Positions 1-13,924 of a stretch of 64,000 nucleotides of DNA are shown here, piece after piece. Origin of the DNA: Eutreptiella sp. 'Long Island Sound 2002'. Its lineage: Eukaryota; Protista; Euglenida. Position 1 is the first letter of the stretch. Every line of letters starts with the position of its first letter. The notes under the pieces were generated by a model. It saw nothing but the letters and a program-made list of their open reading frames with translations, did not search any database and had not been told where the DNA came from. Made by a program: the position numbers and the translations under genes. Location of the stretch: positions 158,224,001-158,288,000 of the forward strand of contig OZ038378.1 in assembly GCA_964036045.1 (NCBI GenBank), in the 5' to 3' direction.

Positions 1-1810
1 CGAAGCGCATCAAAAATCCCACCTACAAATCCAGTCCAGCATTAAGATATCGTTCATTTTGGACGACATAGTCATGTTCATCCAATCCTGCAGGACCACC
101 AGCTGCTCGCTGTTGGTAGTCGTCGGCATCTCCTTGCCTGGGGTCCCATACTTCTTGGGAGTCTTTGGCGTTCATTCGGCCTAACCTCCTTGTGTGGGGG
201 ATCGGGGAAGTGATGGGCCGTAGAAACAGCTCGATGCGTTGCTCAGTATGCAGCAACCGCTGCTCTATAGGTAGTGAAGGTGTCGATCACCTCCGCAATG
301 CACAATGAGGAACAAGAAGTCTGGGGCAGGAAATACGGGTAGAGGATGAGCTTCAGGAGCTATGTGAACCCTGTTGACAGTCTCCTCCCCAGGAAATCCA
401 CTATGGCGTGCAATGGTTGAAACCACTATAGGACTTTTGGATCAATATTTGGTAGCCCCAGTGACAGACGGTCCTTGCTGGTCTTGTCTTGCGTGGGGTG
501 TGCTGACGAACCGTACTACTTGTTTGTTGACCAAGACCGGCTGCACTCAGCTGGCAATGGGCTGCTGTGAGCCCCTGGGCTGTCAAAGACAAAGCAGCTG
601 AGCCCGTCGTTAAGGAGTGCGGAGAGGGGTTGTCCTGTATGATCGTGTGTTCGTATATCGGTGCGCAAGACATCAAAAATAAAGGGCCTACAGCTGGCCC
701 ACGTGGACACCGATGCCGGGATTTGATGGCACCGGAAAAAAAATCAACAAGAAAAAATAGACACTCAGAAAATACATTCAGGTTTGCCCCGGGGTGGCTC
801 GCCAGTGTTTGGCGCAATTGTATGCCGTAGTACAACAAGAATAGCGTCGATGAGAGGGGGCAGCCCTCTGTCATTCGCCTTGTGGGGTGTATGGGTAATT
901 CACGGCCGTGCACAAACAACACGGCGGGTGTGGGGGAATGTTTGTCCGGAGCACGCCCGGCGCGCTACCTTTCTATTAACTATCCCGACTTCAGCCCGAA
1001 ATTTACCCTCTGATGGAGAAGGCCCCCCAAATAGACCATGATGGACTGCGCACCTTCCCTACAAAGCACGTTGCATAATTAGACAATAGCCGTGAATTCA
1101 GCAACTCCAAATGTCATTTGTATTTTACTTAACAAACGGTACTTTGCCTTTACCTTTCCCATAGATTTCGCTATGGTAATGAGTCCCCAAGCCGCAAGCG
1201 GTTTGGACGGCGCTTCTGCCTCACGTCACAAGAACGAAGTGCAAACTCAGTATTCGCTACATCACCCCTGCCTTCTCGGGGTCCCCATGGTGGGGAGAAA
1301 TCAATATGGCTACATTACCCCTGCTTTCTTGGGGTCCCCATGGTGGAGAGAAATCAACCTAGTAAGGAGTGGATGTGGTGGAAACGAGCAAAAAAAAAGG
1401 AAGAAATTGGTGAAACTGGGTGAGAATCCAAATATACCACATCCCAAATGTGAAAGAAGCATCAAAACACCCGTTGTCAAACAACAATAATGCCCATAGT
1501 ATCACAAAGTATGGGGTTCTAGGACGGCTAGACGTCCAAATAGTTGCACTGCGCGCGCACTGCGCTTAGTGCACCCCCTAAAAGGTCACCAGTGGGGCAT
1601 GGGTCAAAAAAGATGCCCGGCGCGCTAACGCTCCCCCTGTGTTCTGGTATACTTCCCCAATGAACCGCAAAAGGGGTTCGGGGGCATCTGCGGTCTTAAT
1701 GAGGTCCGTGAGCATAAGGCTAGGGACAGAGGGGAAGGTGTTAGCCACGTCCAGCAGGGCCAGATGAACTCCGTGAGTATGTAAGTCGTTCAAGATCACA
1801 AAGGAAGGAA
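1..1810 (-). mobile_element. Degenerate non-LTR retrotransposon (family 'LINE-B') remnant: RT core, RNase H region and downstream region, broken by insertions
   Basis: Minus-strand peptides LNDLHTHGVHLALLDVANTFPSVP (about 1640-1810) and HGRELPIHPTRRMTEGCPLSSTLFLLYY (about 800-931) match the RT at 44887-45673. HTGQPLSALLNDG (about 570-650) matches YTGEPTTTRWYTDG of the RNase H at 43720-44200. Stops and frameshifts are present. Confidence 0.75.
932..1637. mobile_element. PIF/Harbinger-like non-autonomous element with 3-bp TSD (TGT), inserted in the LINE-B RT
   Basis: Ends are GGGGGAATGTTT... and ...TAACGCTCCCCC, with TGT on both sides (929-931, 1638-1640). Removing the element plus one TGT restores the RT frame VYQNTPAVLFVHGRELP. 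The ends match those of the transposase-bearing element at 47329-48106. Confidence 0.85.
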
Positions 1811-2776
1811 AAGCCTGCACGCGCGCACACGGTGCGCGCTGCCCGCGCAGATGTACAATGGGTTGGTGCAGTGGTCTGTTTGAATGCCACAAATCCACGA
1901 GACAACAATATTCATTGGGTTGGGGGGGTCAAAAATGTCGAAAAAAATTGACCCCCCCATTTTTGGGTCGAAAATCATGAATCTTTTGGTTTTTTCAATT
2001 TTGAGCCGAAAAAGTGTTTCCGGGTCCCAACTCCATGGGGTTTGTATGGGGTGGAGTGGGACGAGCGCTTGTGCAGTTTATGCACTTTTCAGCCATTTTC
2101 TACCCCTCGAGGTTGGGCGTCCACAACATGCACACGCGTCTACATTCACTTCAACAGGACTGCAACGGGCAGTGGGGTGCATATTCACAGTTTGGGTAGT
2201 AATCACAGGTCGTCGAGATCTATTGCACAAGACACACTGCAGCGTAGACCCTTTGGTGTTATGGAACACAGCAAAGCTGGTGCCCTTGAATGCCCAGTTC
2301 TGCAGCAGCAATGCCACACACTTTTCATCGGACGATAACCACTTCTGTCAGCTGTCCACACACAAACTTGACAATCCCCAACAACCCTCAACAGCCCTTA
2401 AGAAGGGCCCTGAACAGTTAACACCCCCCACCCCAAAAAAAATCGTCTTCTCAACCACCAATGACCTGCCATTAGCCGCTAGCCTGAGACAATCTGGTTA
2501 GCCCAGTGTACCAGGAGAAATATTGATGCCCATAAATCTAAAAATACAGGTTAGGAGTTGGCTGGAGGGGACAGAGGAAGTCCATCAACCTTCAGTCAAA
2601 TTCCATGGTATCTGTAACAGAAGTCCTTTGAGCGTATGTACACACGACGCTCCCACACGCACGCGCGCACATGCGCGTGTTCAGCAAACAAACAGAGAAA
2701 TGAAGGGGCTATTTGAGTGATTTACGCGGTCAGGCCGCAAAGAAGAACTTGTGGGTGACTTCTGTGACAGTCACAG

Positions 2777-3127
2777 GGCGGGAAGAAGCGGGGGGGGGGG
2801 GGGTGACACGGAAGCCCATTTTCCCAACCCCCCCTCCCTCCTTGGCCGCCGTGACGGGAGGGGGGGTTCAGGACGGGGGTGCCCGACCTGCCGTGCCCGG
2901 GGGGGGGGGGGTGGGTTCAACCCAACATCTATGACTCAAAATGATTCCCCCGTCGCGCTGATCATTTTGACTACTCAAATGTGGGGGGGGGGATTATTGG
3001 TGGAAAAAACTTTTTCGGGCCAAAATTTGTGTTCCTGCACCTTCGGCGCCAACATCCGTTCTTCTCCTTCGGCGGGCGTCCATGTCACCCCCCCCCCCCC
3101 CCCCCGCAGAGCAATTTTCAGGTCACC
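2777..3127. repeat. Dispersed repeat (MITE-like, poly-G/poly-C inverted ends), second copy at 58913-59220
   Basis: About 300 bp of clear similarity between the two loci (GTGACACGGA.GCCCATTTTCCCAACC...GCAGAGCAATTTTCAGGTC.CC). Confidence 0.75.
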
Positions 3128-3484
3128 CAGTGTGATAGGACGATACTGCGGTTCGGCATGACGGCGCCCTGCGACCTGAATCCGTCACCGGCAGTTCTTG
3201 TGTCCTTGAATAGCAGACTACACATGGTCTACTGCACATTGTGTAGGCGTATGCCACCTTGAGGATGGCCTGGTCACTGCACATGTGGAGGGTGTTGCGG
3301 GAACTTTCTATTGTTTCTGGAGATTTTACCACCGCAAACCACTACCAACGGTGTTCCCAAATGGTTGTGGATGGTCGCCAGAGGCTTTTGGATGATACTT
3401 GGTGTTTCTTTCTGCCTTGCAGGGGGATTTTTAACCTGGTGCCTTAGAGCTTGGAAGCGCGCGGGGGGGGGAAACAGTGCCTAT

Positions 3485-3789
3485 GGGGGGCGTTTTCGCA
3501 CAGCGCACGCACAGCGCGGGCACAGCGCGAATTATTACGGTGATTATCCAGGTACCAACCCTGAAAACCACCCACCTGCGGAATCATGCACAATCAATTC
3601 AAAACTCAAAAATTCAAACATCTGATGCTTGCCATGGGTCCCAGGGACCTAAATTCTGCCCCCTATAGCCCCGTCCACTGCAGCAGCCATTCAATGACGT
3701 CCTTTCAATCTTCTGAACTTACCGCACTCCCGGTGGTGGAGAACAGCCAACTTTTCGCACAGCGCGCGCACAGCGCACGGTACGCCCCC
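3485..3789. mobile_element. PIF/Harbinger-like MITE, TSD TAT
   Basis: GGGGG(G)CGT...ACGCCCCC termini, with TAT at 3482-3484 and 3790-3792. A doubled GCACAGCGC(G/A)C motif lies inside both ends. Confidence 0.7.
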
Positions 3790-4784
3790 TATGAAAACGT
3801 ATGTATCGAAACTTTGCACGGTGCGCGCACGGTGCATGCAACTCCCTCGTGGTACTGAAACCAACGGCACGCGGTCCCCGAACCTCCGGCGGCCCGTAGC
3901 TGACTAGAAGCGTGTATCCAGGCAATTATGCCATGCAACACATGTGCGCAACATTTCCTTTTCTCCTTCAAACGCACACAGAGACGGGGGGGGGGGGGGC
4001 AGAGCACACAATGAGGTCGGGATATACGAGTGGTGCCCGCGGCAAAAGAAGTGACCCCGGCCCCTCATCACAACAAAACAGCATCACGCAACTTGATTTC
4101 CCCGGGGGCGTCGCAGGAGTGCATCCACCGACCGGGGCCGCAGCACCGGAGCACAGCAGTCGGTTTGCTCGCAAAGGGACACACAAACCGGCCCCATTGG
4201 CGAGCACGGGACGCCTTGTTGCACGCGAAACCGCAGGCCCCACGGACCCAAAAGGCCGTGGCGCAGCCACCCGCCCACAATTGAAATGGCGTCTCAAAAC
4301 CGTTCGAATCAAAGTGGTCTAACAATTGGCCGGATGTGCCTCTGGTAATGCAAAGGGGACGGCGTCAAAGGGGAAGGAGGACCGCTGCACATCGGTCCAG
4401 GGCTTCTTTTGAGCAGGTGGGGGGGAGGGGGGAGGGGGTTGGACCCAAAACTTGGTGTACCAAAAATGGCCTGACCAGATTTCCCGATTGTAAATTTCGT
4501 TTTTTCCCGCGATGGTCACTTTGGTCTGGGGAGGGGGTGAGGGGGTTTTGGGGGAGGGGTCCCCCCTCCCCTTCGGTTTTTAATTCTTCTAAAGAAGCCC
4601 TGCATCGGTCCCCTGCCGTCGGTGGCAGGTCCGGTGGTCCACATTGGTGAGTGGTCTGAGCCCCCCCCCCCCCCCCCCGATATCGCGAATGTCGACGGGG
4701 CCATGGGGAGTCAATGCAGGCCCCCGCCCCGAAATGTGCGTGGCCCGGGAATGACACACGACTGATGCACCCGCGCCCGTCCAG

Positions 4785-5080
4785 ACTTGGCGCTAACACC
4801 CGCCACGGCAGGTGTCGGCAGGTGTCACAAAAATTGTTGGCAGGTGTCGGCAGGTGTCACAAAAATTGTTGGCAGGTGTCGGGCAGTTTGGTAGAGGCAC
4901 AGGGAAACTCACACTATTGCAGGGCAAAACGGGCACAGCTCAGGTTCCGAGTGCTGGAATCCTCGTCAGTTGGATCATCAAACATGACGAAGCATGTCCG
5001 ACGCCAACTCACATACACACGCAGGTCCGGCAGGTGTCGGCAGGTGTCATAAAAAGTTCCGGCAGGTGTTAGCGCCAAGT
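4785..5080. mobile_element. MITE-like element with perfect 16-bp terminal inverted repeats and internal GGCAGGTGTC repeats
   Basis: ACTTGGCGCTAACACC (4785-4800) and GGTGTTAGCGCCAAGT (5065-5080). GGCAGGTGTC is repeated near both ends. No clear TSD. Confidence 0.65.
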
Positions 5081-5100
5081 ATGTGCCCGTCCCCTGTGCC

Positions 5101-5314
5101 CAGGGGTGCATTAGAAGGCAGAGGACCTCGGTGGTGGCCCCAGAGGCGGTTAGGCAGGCGGTTGGAGGAGGTTGCCAAAGCGGTTGGGGGCGGTTACTGT
5201 CGGTTGCGAATGCCATTGAGGCTGGCACTTGGCGTCAGGGAGACAGTGGCTGGGCATAGGCTGGGCGCCCTGAAGGGGGGGCAGGGTACCTCCCCGCCTT
5301 CCAATGCATCCCTG
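5101..5314. mobile_element. hAT-type MITE with 8-bp TSD
   Basis: TIRs CAGGGGTGCATTAGAAGG and CCTTCCAATGCATCCCTG (2 mismatches in 18 bp). CCTGTGCC is duplicated at 5093-5100 and 5315-5322; an 8-bp TSD is the hAT hallmark. Confidence 0.85.
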
Positions 5315-8300
5315 CCTGTGCCCCATGCACCAAGTCTGATGGCGCCAACACGGCGCGTGCAACCGTGCCCATCCCCCGTCTCGTGCCGACAGGCAGACGA
5401 ACGCATTGCTGCCTCCCATGGGCACAAATCGGGGAGAACAACACTTTGCGGTCCTCCACATGGCCCTCTGACACAGTACAGAGGCCCCGAAGGGGGTTCG
5501 TGGGGCTGCCGCCGGGGGTACCTGGCTGGTGTTGGTGCTGAGGGCAGGTGTCCCCCCCGCTCACTTCCAGGCATGCCACCATAAAACAGTGGGGTGCGCC
5601 CCAGTCGGGCCTCCTTTATGGCAAAAGAGTCCCGCAGGACACATGGGAGGACGCCAACCAGTGATTAGTGTGGAGGAGTTTCCTTGCGTTAGGTTTGGGT
5701 TGCACTCCTAAGAATTCGGTGTGTGTGCGCGCACACATATAACTCAAGACCCGTCCGCCACAACGCCGCGCGGTCATTCTGACGGACGTGTCGTGGGGCA
5801 TCCGAATAATGCCCTCCGGCCGCTTTCCAGCCTTTTCCAGACCAATGCCAGCCCATCGGGACCGCCAGAGATGCCGATAGCGACGGATAGCCCGTCGTAA
5901 ATCCATCGTCAAAATTTTCAAATCCATCGCAAATCCACCGCAAGCAATCCAGAATACCACATGCCACCAGATCCCTACCCCAACCCAACAAAGCAAGAAG
6001 ATGGGCTGCACAGTGGATTTACTTCACTCCTAAGGTTTCCTTTGGGGGCAGGGACTGAAGGGGAACTCAGGGGGAACTGCAAGTTACCTGCAGCGTGCAA
6101 AAAGTTGTGGGCACAAGCTTCACATCATGCAAAAAAGGCAATCGTACGGGGCAGGGGTATGTGTCAAACAGGCATATCCGTCCCCAATCCATCGTCAAAA
6201 TGTTCAAATCCATCGCAAATCCACCGTCAACCCCCCAAATATCCACCGCTATAGGCACCCCTGACCGTCCTCCCCCTGGCAGACCATGGTGGGCATCCAA
6301 ACGTAGAAGTTCATGGCGGGAAGTGCAAAGGTGACGGTTCACATGGCCTGCGTCACGAGAGCCCCTGTCCCCTGAGGCCCCCCTCCCACTTTTCGGGGGC
6401 CTGGACCCCCCCCCCCCCCCAGCGGGGAATCGTCACACATCTGTTCCGGCGCCTTCAAAGGGGAAGATGGTACTCGGCGGCCTCGTGTCCAAGGCGCTGC
6501 ACAAAGCGCTTTCGTTTGGCACGTGCTCCGCACTTCGAAGCGCTTTGCTGCGCAGCGCATCGCAAAAGCGCTGTCGGAGGCGTTTTCCACGAAAAGAGGG
6601 AACAGAGATGTGTCAGTCCACAGCGCAGAGGGGTCAGTGACCAGAGCCGGGGAGGCCAGGTTTTCGTTTGCGGGGGGGGGGGGGTCGATAGAGCCCCCTG
6701 GCTAGCCCCCCCCCCCCAAAAAAAGGGCTCTATTGGCAGGACCCCCAAAATCCTACCGAGACTGACCCCCGGGCCTCGGAAGTGACCCAGACCCAAAAAT
6801 CGGGAAAATATGAAAATGGGATTTTTGGAATCAGCGCGTCGAGGGTGTTGAGAAAAGTCATCATTTGCCATATATTTGGTGAATCAAAAAATTAACCAAT
6901 TTTAATGCTCAAAAAATTTTTCGGCACCTTCGGCGCCAGAGTTCATAATCACTGATTAATAGTGCCTGTCAATTGAGCCCTTTCCCTGACCCCCCCCCCA
7001 GTTTTTGGGGGCTCTATTGACCCCCCCCCCCCCCCCCACAAGTGAAAACGCGACATGCCCCGGCCCCCACAATGACAACAATGCCACGCTGAGCCTTCCG
7101 CAGTCCGAACTAGACCCCCCGCCCGTGCGCACGCATCACCGTCCCACAGTCTGTACAACGGCTGTCCGACATCTGCGCGTCGTCGGTGCCGCCGCGCCGC
7201 CATCTGAGCCTGTGCAGCGCCCTCCCTTGTTGCCTTGAGGGGGGGGAGGGCGGCCATCCGCCTGCTGGAGCCCGCCAGCGACGCCCGTCCCCGTGCTCCC
7301 AGGCGGAGGCACACTGCGCTGACCTTTGCTGCGCCACGAGTTGCTCCGTCGTCCTGCGGGCACAGCAGTGAGACAGACACTGACAGGGGCCGTGTGCTGG
7401 GCGTCCGTGTGCCTTGTGGGGGAAGCTTGTGGAGCTGTGACCAAGCAGACGGGATTCCTCCACAAAGCCACAAGGCCCACGTGGCACGTGAGAAGACCAG
7501 GATCCGTTGGTGTCGGAGGCCACTTTCGATGGCCGTGCACTGCCATGCAGCACACGGAACAGCCGTGGTCATCAACAATACACGGAGTACATCGCGGTGA
7601 TGACCCCCCAACAATCGCTGACAACACGACCGAAATCACGAGCCCTTCAGAGGCGCGCACTCATTTCGTCCAACGTGAATTTCGCATCGCTGTCAAGTGG
7701 TTTTGGCGGCATTTTGCATCCGCAGGTCTGTGTCATCCCCTCGCTCAGTGATGGAGCTCACACGTTGGTGTGGGGGTTGTAGCGGGTCCTCCAATGGCAG
7801 GCTCGAAGTGTTGCTTACCAACAATACCCGCCAGCGAACGGGCGCGGGAAGTCCTCATCTCCAGACCCCGTTGCAGGTGGAAAAAAATTCCAAACCCAAC
7901 CACCACCACCACAACCCCGGGAACTCACTGAAGCCCGCCAAAAATCAGAAAAAGCCAAAGAAAACAAATGTCTGAAAAAAGAAAAGAAAAAAGGGGAAAT
8001 TGCGATTTGTGGATTCGTGGCGTCAGAGCGACAATGACAAGGGGGTCATGGACAACGAGGAGCTCGTTATCTCAGAGGAGGCGTCCGGTCACTTTGGCCA
8101 ATGGCACAGACTCTCCCGAGTGTTTTGGAGTGGAGGGCCCTTCTGAACCACACCTCACCCCTCCACCACACACACGTAAGACGCGACAAACAGGCACTTA
8201 CAAAGGCGCTGAGTGCTCAATTCTCGTCAGGCCGTCCAGCAGCCGAAGAGCAATGACCATGGGCGGCTAGGCGCCTGTCTGCAGGAAGCAGGCGCACAGC

Positions 8301-8485
8301 AGTGGTCCCGGACTGTGTGATTTCCTGAGAAGCAAATGAGGCACTGCACTGCCACATTGGCAGCCCAGCCTCGTTTGTTTGGGGTTAAGCCGCACACACG
8401 ATGGGAGCCGCAAACAAGAACAAAGCAAGAAAGCGGCGAAAGCAAACTCCTCAGGAGCTGCTGGGCAGCCCGAGACGTCTTACGC

Positions 8486-8507
8486 CACACACACACACAC
8501 ACACACC

Positions 8508-8571
<64 letters not shown>

Positions 8572-8623
8572 CACACACGCACGCACACACACACACACAA
8601 ACATACACACACACACGCACACA

Positions 8624-8663
<40 letters not shown>

Positions 8664-8749
8664 AACACACACACACGCACACGCACGCACACACACACAC
8701 ACACACGCACACACACACACGCACACACACACACACACACGCACGCACG

Positions 8750-8787
<38 letters not shown>
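8486..8787. repeat. (CA)n microsatellite with CG/AA interruptions
   Basis: Directly visible. Confidence 0.98.
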
Positions 8788-8789
<2 letters not shown>

Positions 8790-9047
8790 GCGAACTGCGA
8801 AAACAAGAACAGAGCAAGGAAAGTGGTGGAAGAAAACACCTCAGGAACAGCAGTGCTGTCCTAGGCGTCTTTCGGTCTGTCATAAAGCGTGGCAATGTGC
8901 AGCAGCGAATTTCAGTACAGTGGCCCCACTCCCTGACCTGCCCTGAGATATGTGCTGTGTTAACGACGGACCATGAAATTCACCTACGGAGGAGGTCGTG
9001 CCTTGTTCGTCGACTAATTGCAACCTGTGCTAGGTGCTTCCACCGAA

Positions 9048-10077
<1,030 letters not shown>

Positions 10078-10390
10078 ATGCTTCATGCTTCATGCTTGCG
10101 GACGTACCAGGCCTGAGCCTGAGCCTACCACGAGACGTCCCGGTAGGTCATTGAGTCCAAGAGGAAGGCCATTATCAGACCTACCCCCGGTTGCCCCACC
10201 ACCTGCCCCGGAGATCCCCCCCTCACGCCCAGCAGGCAGTAGAGCCGGCCAGGATCCCCGTGCAGGTCTCCGCCACGGGCTCCACCTCTTAATTAATGCA
10301 CAACTCAACATGCAGCAACATGCAACACACGCAGACACACACATACACCACAAGGCGCCCCTTCCTCCACTGTATTCTCCTATCTCCCAG

Positions 10391-10472
10391 CTCCACGGGC
10401 ACAATGCCCTGCTCCACAGACACAATGCCCATCTCCACGGGCGCAATGCCCATCTCCTTGGGCGCAATGCCC
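10391..10472. repeat. 21-bp tandem repeat x4 (CTCCACGGGCGCAATGCCCAT consensus)
   Basis: Units start at 10391, 10412, 10433 and 10454. Confidence 0.9.
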
Positions 10473-10941
10473 GGTCTGTGCAGTCCTTGAACCAGACTGC
10501 ATGATCCTCTGGCCCGCTGGTCTGTGCAGTCCTTTAACCAGACTGCATGACCCTCTGGACCGCTTGTCTGTGCAGTCCTTTAACCAGACTGCATGATCCT
10601 CTGGTCCGCTGGTCTGTGCAGTCCTTTAACCAGACTGCATGATCCTCTGGACCGCTTTTCTGTGCAGTCCTTTAACCAGACTACATGATTCTCTGGTCCG
10701 CTGGTCTGTGCAATCCTTTAACCAGACTGCATGACCCTCTGGACCGCTCGTCTGTGCAGTCCTTTAACCAGACTGCATGATCCTCTGGACCGCTGGTTTG
10801 TGCAGTCCTTTAACCAGACTGCATGATCCTTTGGTCCGCTTGTCTGTGCAGTCCTTTAACCAGACTGCATGACCCTCTGGACCGCTTGTCTGTGCAGTCC
10901 TTTAACCAGACTGCATGATCCTCTGGACCGCTTGTCTGTGC
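10473..10941. repeat. 46-bp minisatellite x10.2 containing a 7-bp hairpin (TGCAGTC-ctttaacca-GACTGCA)
   Basis: Ten contiguous 46-bp units (10473-10932) plus a partial unit. There are few substitutions and no unique spacers. Confidence 0.95.
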
Positions 10942-10980
10942 TCTTGGTCCACGACCCCTGTTAGTCCCTTCTTCCCTCCC

Positions 10981-11543
<563 letters not shown>

Positions 11544-12104
11544 ATGTCATGTCATGTCATGGAGCGCTAGAGCCATCGTCCGCTGGCCCGCCTAGTGGGC
11601 GTCCATCGGCAGAACGTCTAGCCGTTACACACACACGCACTCCGATGGAATGGGCCCCAGGTGAGGGGGGGCCGAGAGCACCATGCATGGCGCGAAGAAG
11701 AGAGGCGCCCGGACCAAGCAAGGTCCACCACGGGCAGGCGAGCGGACGCTCAGAAACACCAGTCCCGCCGACAGGCCCCGGCTTTCTGGGAACTGGTGGG
11801 TCTCACCTTTGATGAAATGGGCCCCAAGTGAGGGGGGGCCGAGAGCACCATGCATGGCGCGAAGAAGAGAGGCGCCCGGACCAAGCAAGGTCCACCACGG
11901 GCAGGCGAGCGGACGCTCAGAAACACCAGTCCCGCCGACAGGCCCCGGCTTTCTGGGAACTGGTGGGTCTCACCTTAGACGGTCGACGCGCGCACTCGAG
12001 GCACACTTGGTGAGGCAGTGGTGCGTCTGCCCCTCACAGGCTGCACCGCTGACCCCGGGGGGCGCCCGGGGTGGGTGGCGGCGTCGTCGGCCGGCCTGAC
12101 TTGG
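11544..12104 (-). mobile_element. Short element B embedded in (CA)n, with (ATGTC)x3 tail; 3' ~100 nt homologous to the 3' end of the full-length retrotransposon
   Basis: Sense-strand 3' end ACGGCTAGACGTTCTGCCGATGGACGC...GGCGGGCCAGCGGACGATGG aligns with ACGGCCAGACGTCTTGCCGCTTGACGC...GGCGGGCTTGCGGACAGTGG of 13111-13208. Contains an internal 167-bp tandem duplication (11645-11976). Confidence 0.75.
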
Positions 12105-13110
<1,006 letters not shown>

Positions 13111-13924
13111 AGGTCAGGTCAGGTCAGGTAATGCCAGCAACCACTGTCCGCAAGCCCGCCGAAGCGTCAAGCGGCAAGACGTCTGGCCGTACACACTCTA
13201 CCCACTCCGAAGAGAGCCGGCAGGATCGCCGCTCGTTGATCTGGCAGGACGGCCAGGATGTGAGAGTTTCTCTTGCTCTGAGCAGGACGGCTCAGCAACG
13301 ATGGGCAGGCATCTTCTACGAGGCTTGCCCTGTGAGGCCTCCACCCTCTCCTAGGGGCTGACGGGACATCTCGATGTCTGGCACGGGAGAACGAAGCACG
13401 AGAACGCGGCAAGAGGGTGGATCATTAACTCCTTGATAGCTGGTCCATCAGTTCCTGGTGACGATGTGAAGCTGGGGGATCTGTCCACTGGATAACCCAC
13501 AGACCGGGCAGTACCACCACTGTGTCCATGCACCTCGGCTTATCATGCATGGACACCACCACATTTATGTCATCATCCCCTGATGGTCCTTGCGGGCTCC
13601 ACAGGACGCGGCGAGGGATGTACCTGAGCTGGACCAGGGCGGGGGCAGGATGCACATCTCTGCACATGGGGCACGCAGGTGGGTGGAGAGGTAGGTTAGG
13701 AAAACTTGATGCCCCCAAGAGAGGTCCTCACGATGACCAAGGCCTGGGGCCGTGCTCTGCTGGATTTGGGCTACGATGTCGCCTTGGCGCAGCGACGAGG
13801 ACAGGGAGCACACATATATAGTGGAAAGCTTCGTCAGGTCCACTGGGGCTGGGTCGTCACTGTGGCGGGGATAATAGGATACAATACCAGACAGGGTGAT
13901 CCAGATCACACCCAGGTCAAGTCT

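Larger units (their letters stand above)
10078..10980 (-). mobile_element. Short non-coding element A embedded in (CA)n, with (ATGCTTC)x3 tail; putative SINE-like or 5'-truncated non-LTR element
   Basis: Flanked on both sides by (CA)n. A tandem 7-bp tail lies at the low-coordinate junction, as in the full-length elements. No credible ORF. Confidence 0.55.

Noticed and set aside
2078-2317. CxxC-containing ORF resembling a transposase Zn finger
   Set aside because: Too short, and it lacks the downstream His pattern.
7326-7751. GDD-containing ORF suggesting an RdRp fragment
   Set aside because: No motif A or B at suitable spacing; likely chance.
8984-9047. Possible 64-nt minus-strand exon (AG...|GTGAAT; RWKHLAQVAISRRTRHDLLRR)
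   Set aside because: No homology and no partner exons. It may instead belong to the CA-adjacent repeat unit. RNA-seq is needed.
10473-10941. CRISPR-like array of palindromic repeats
   Set aside because: The units are contiguous 46-mers with no unique spacers, there are no cas genes, and the context is eukaryotic.
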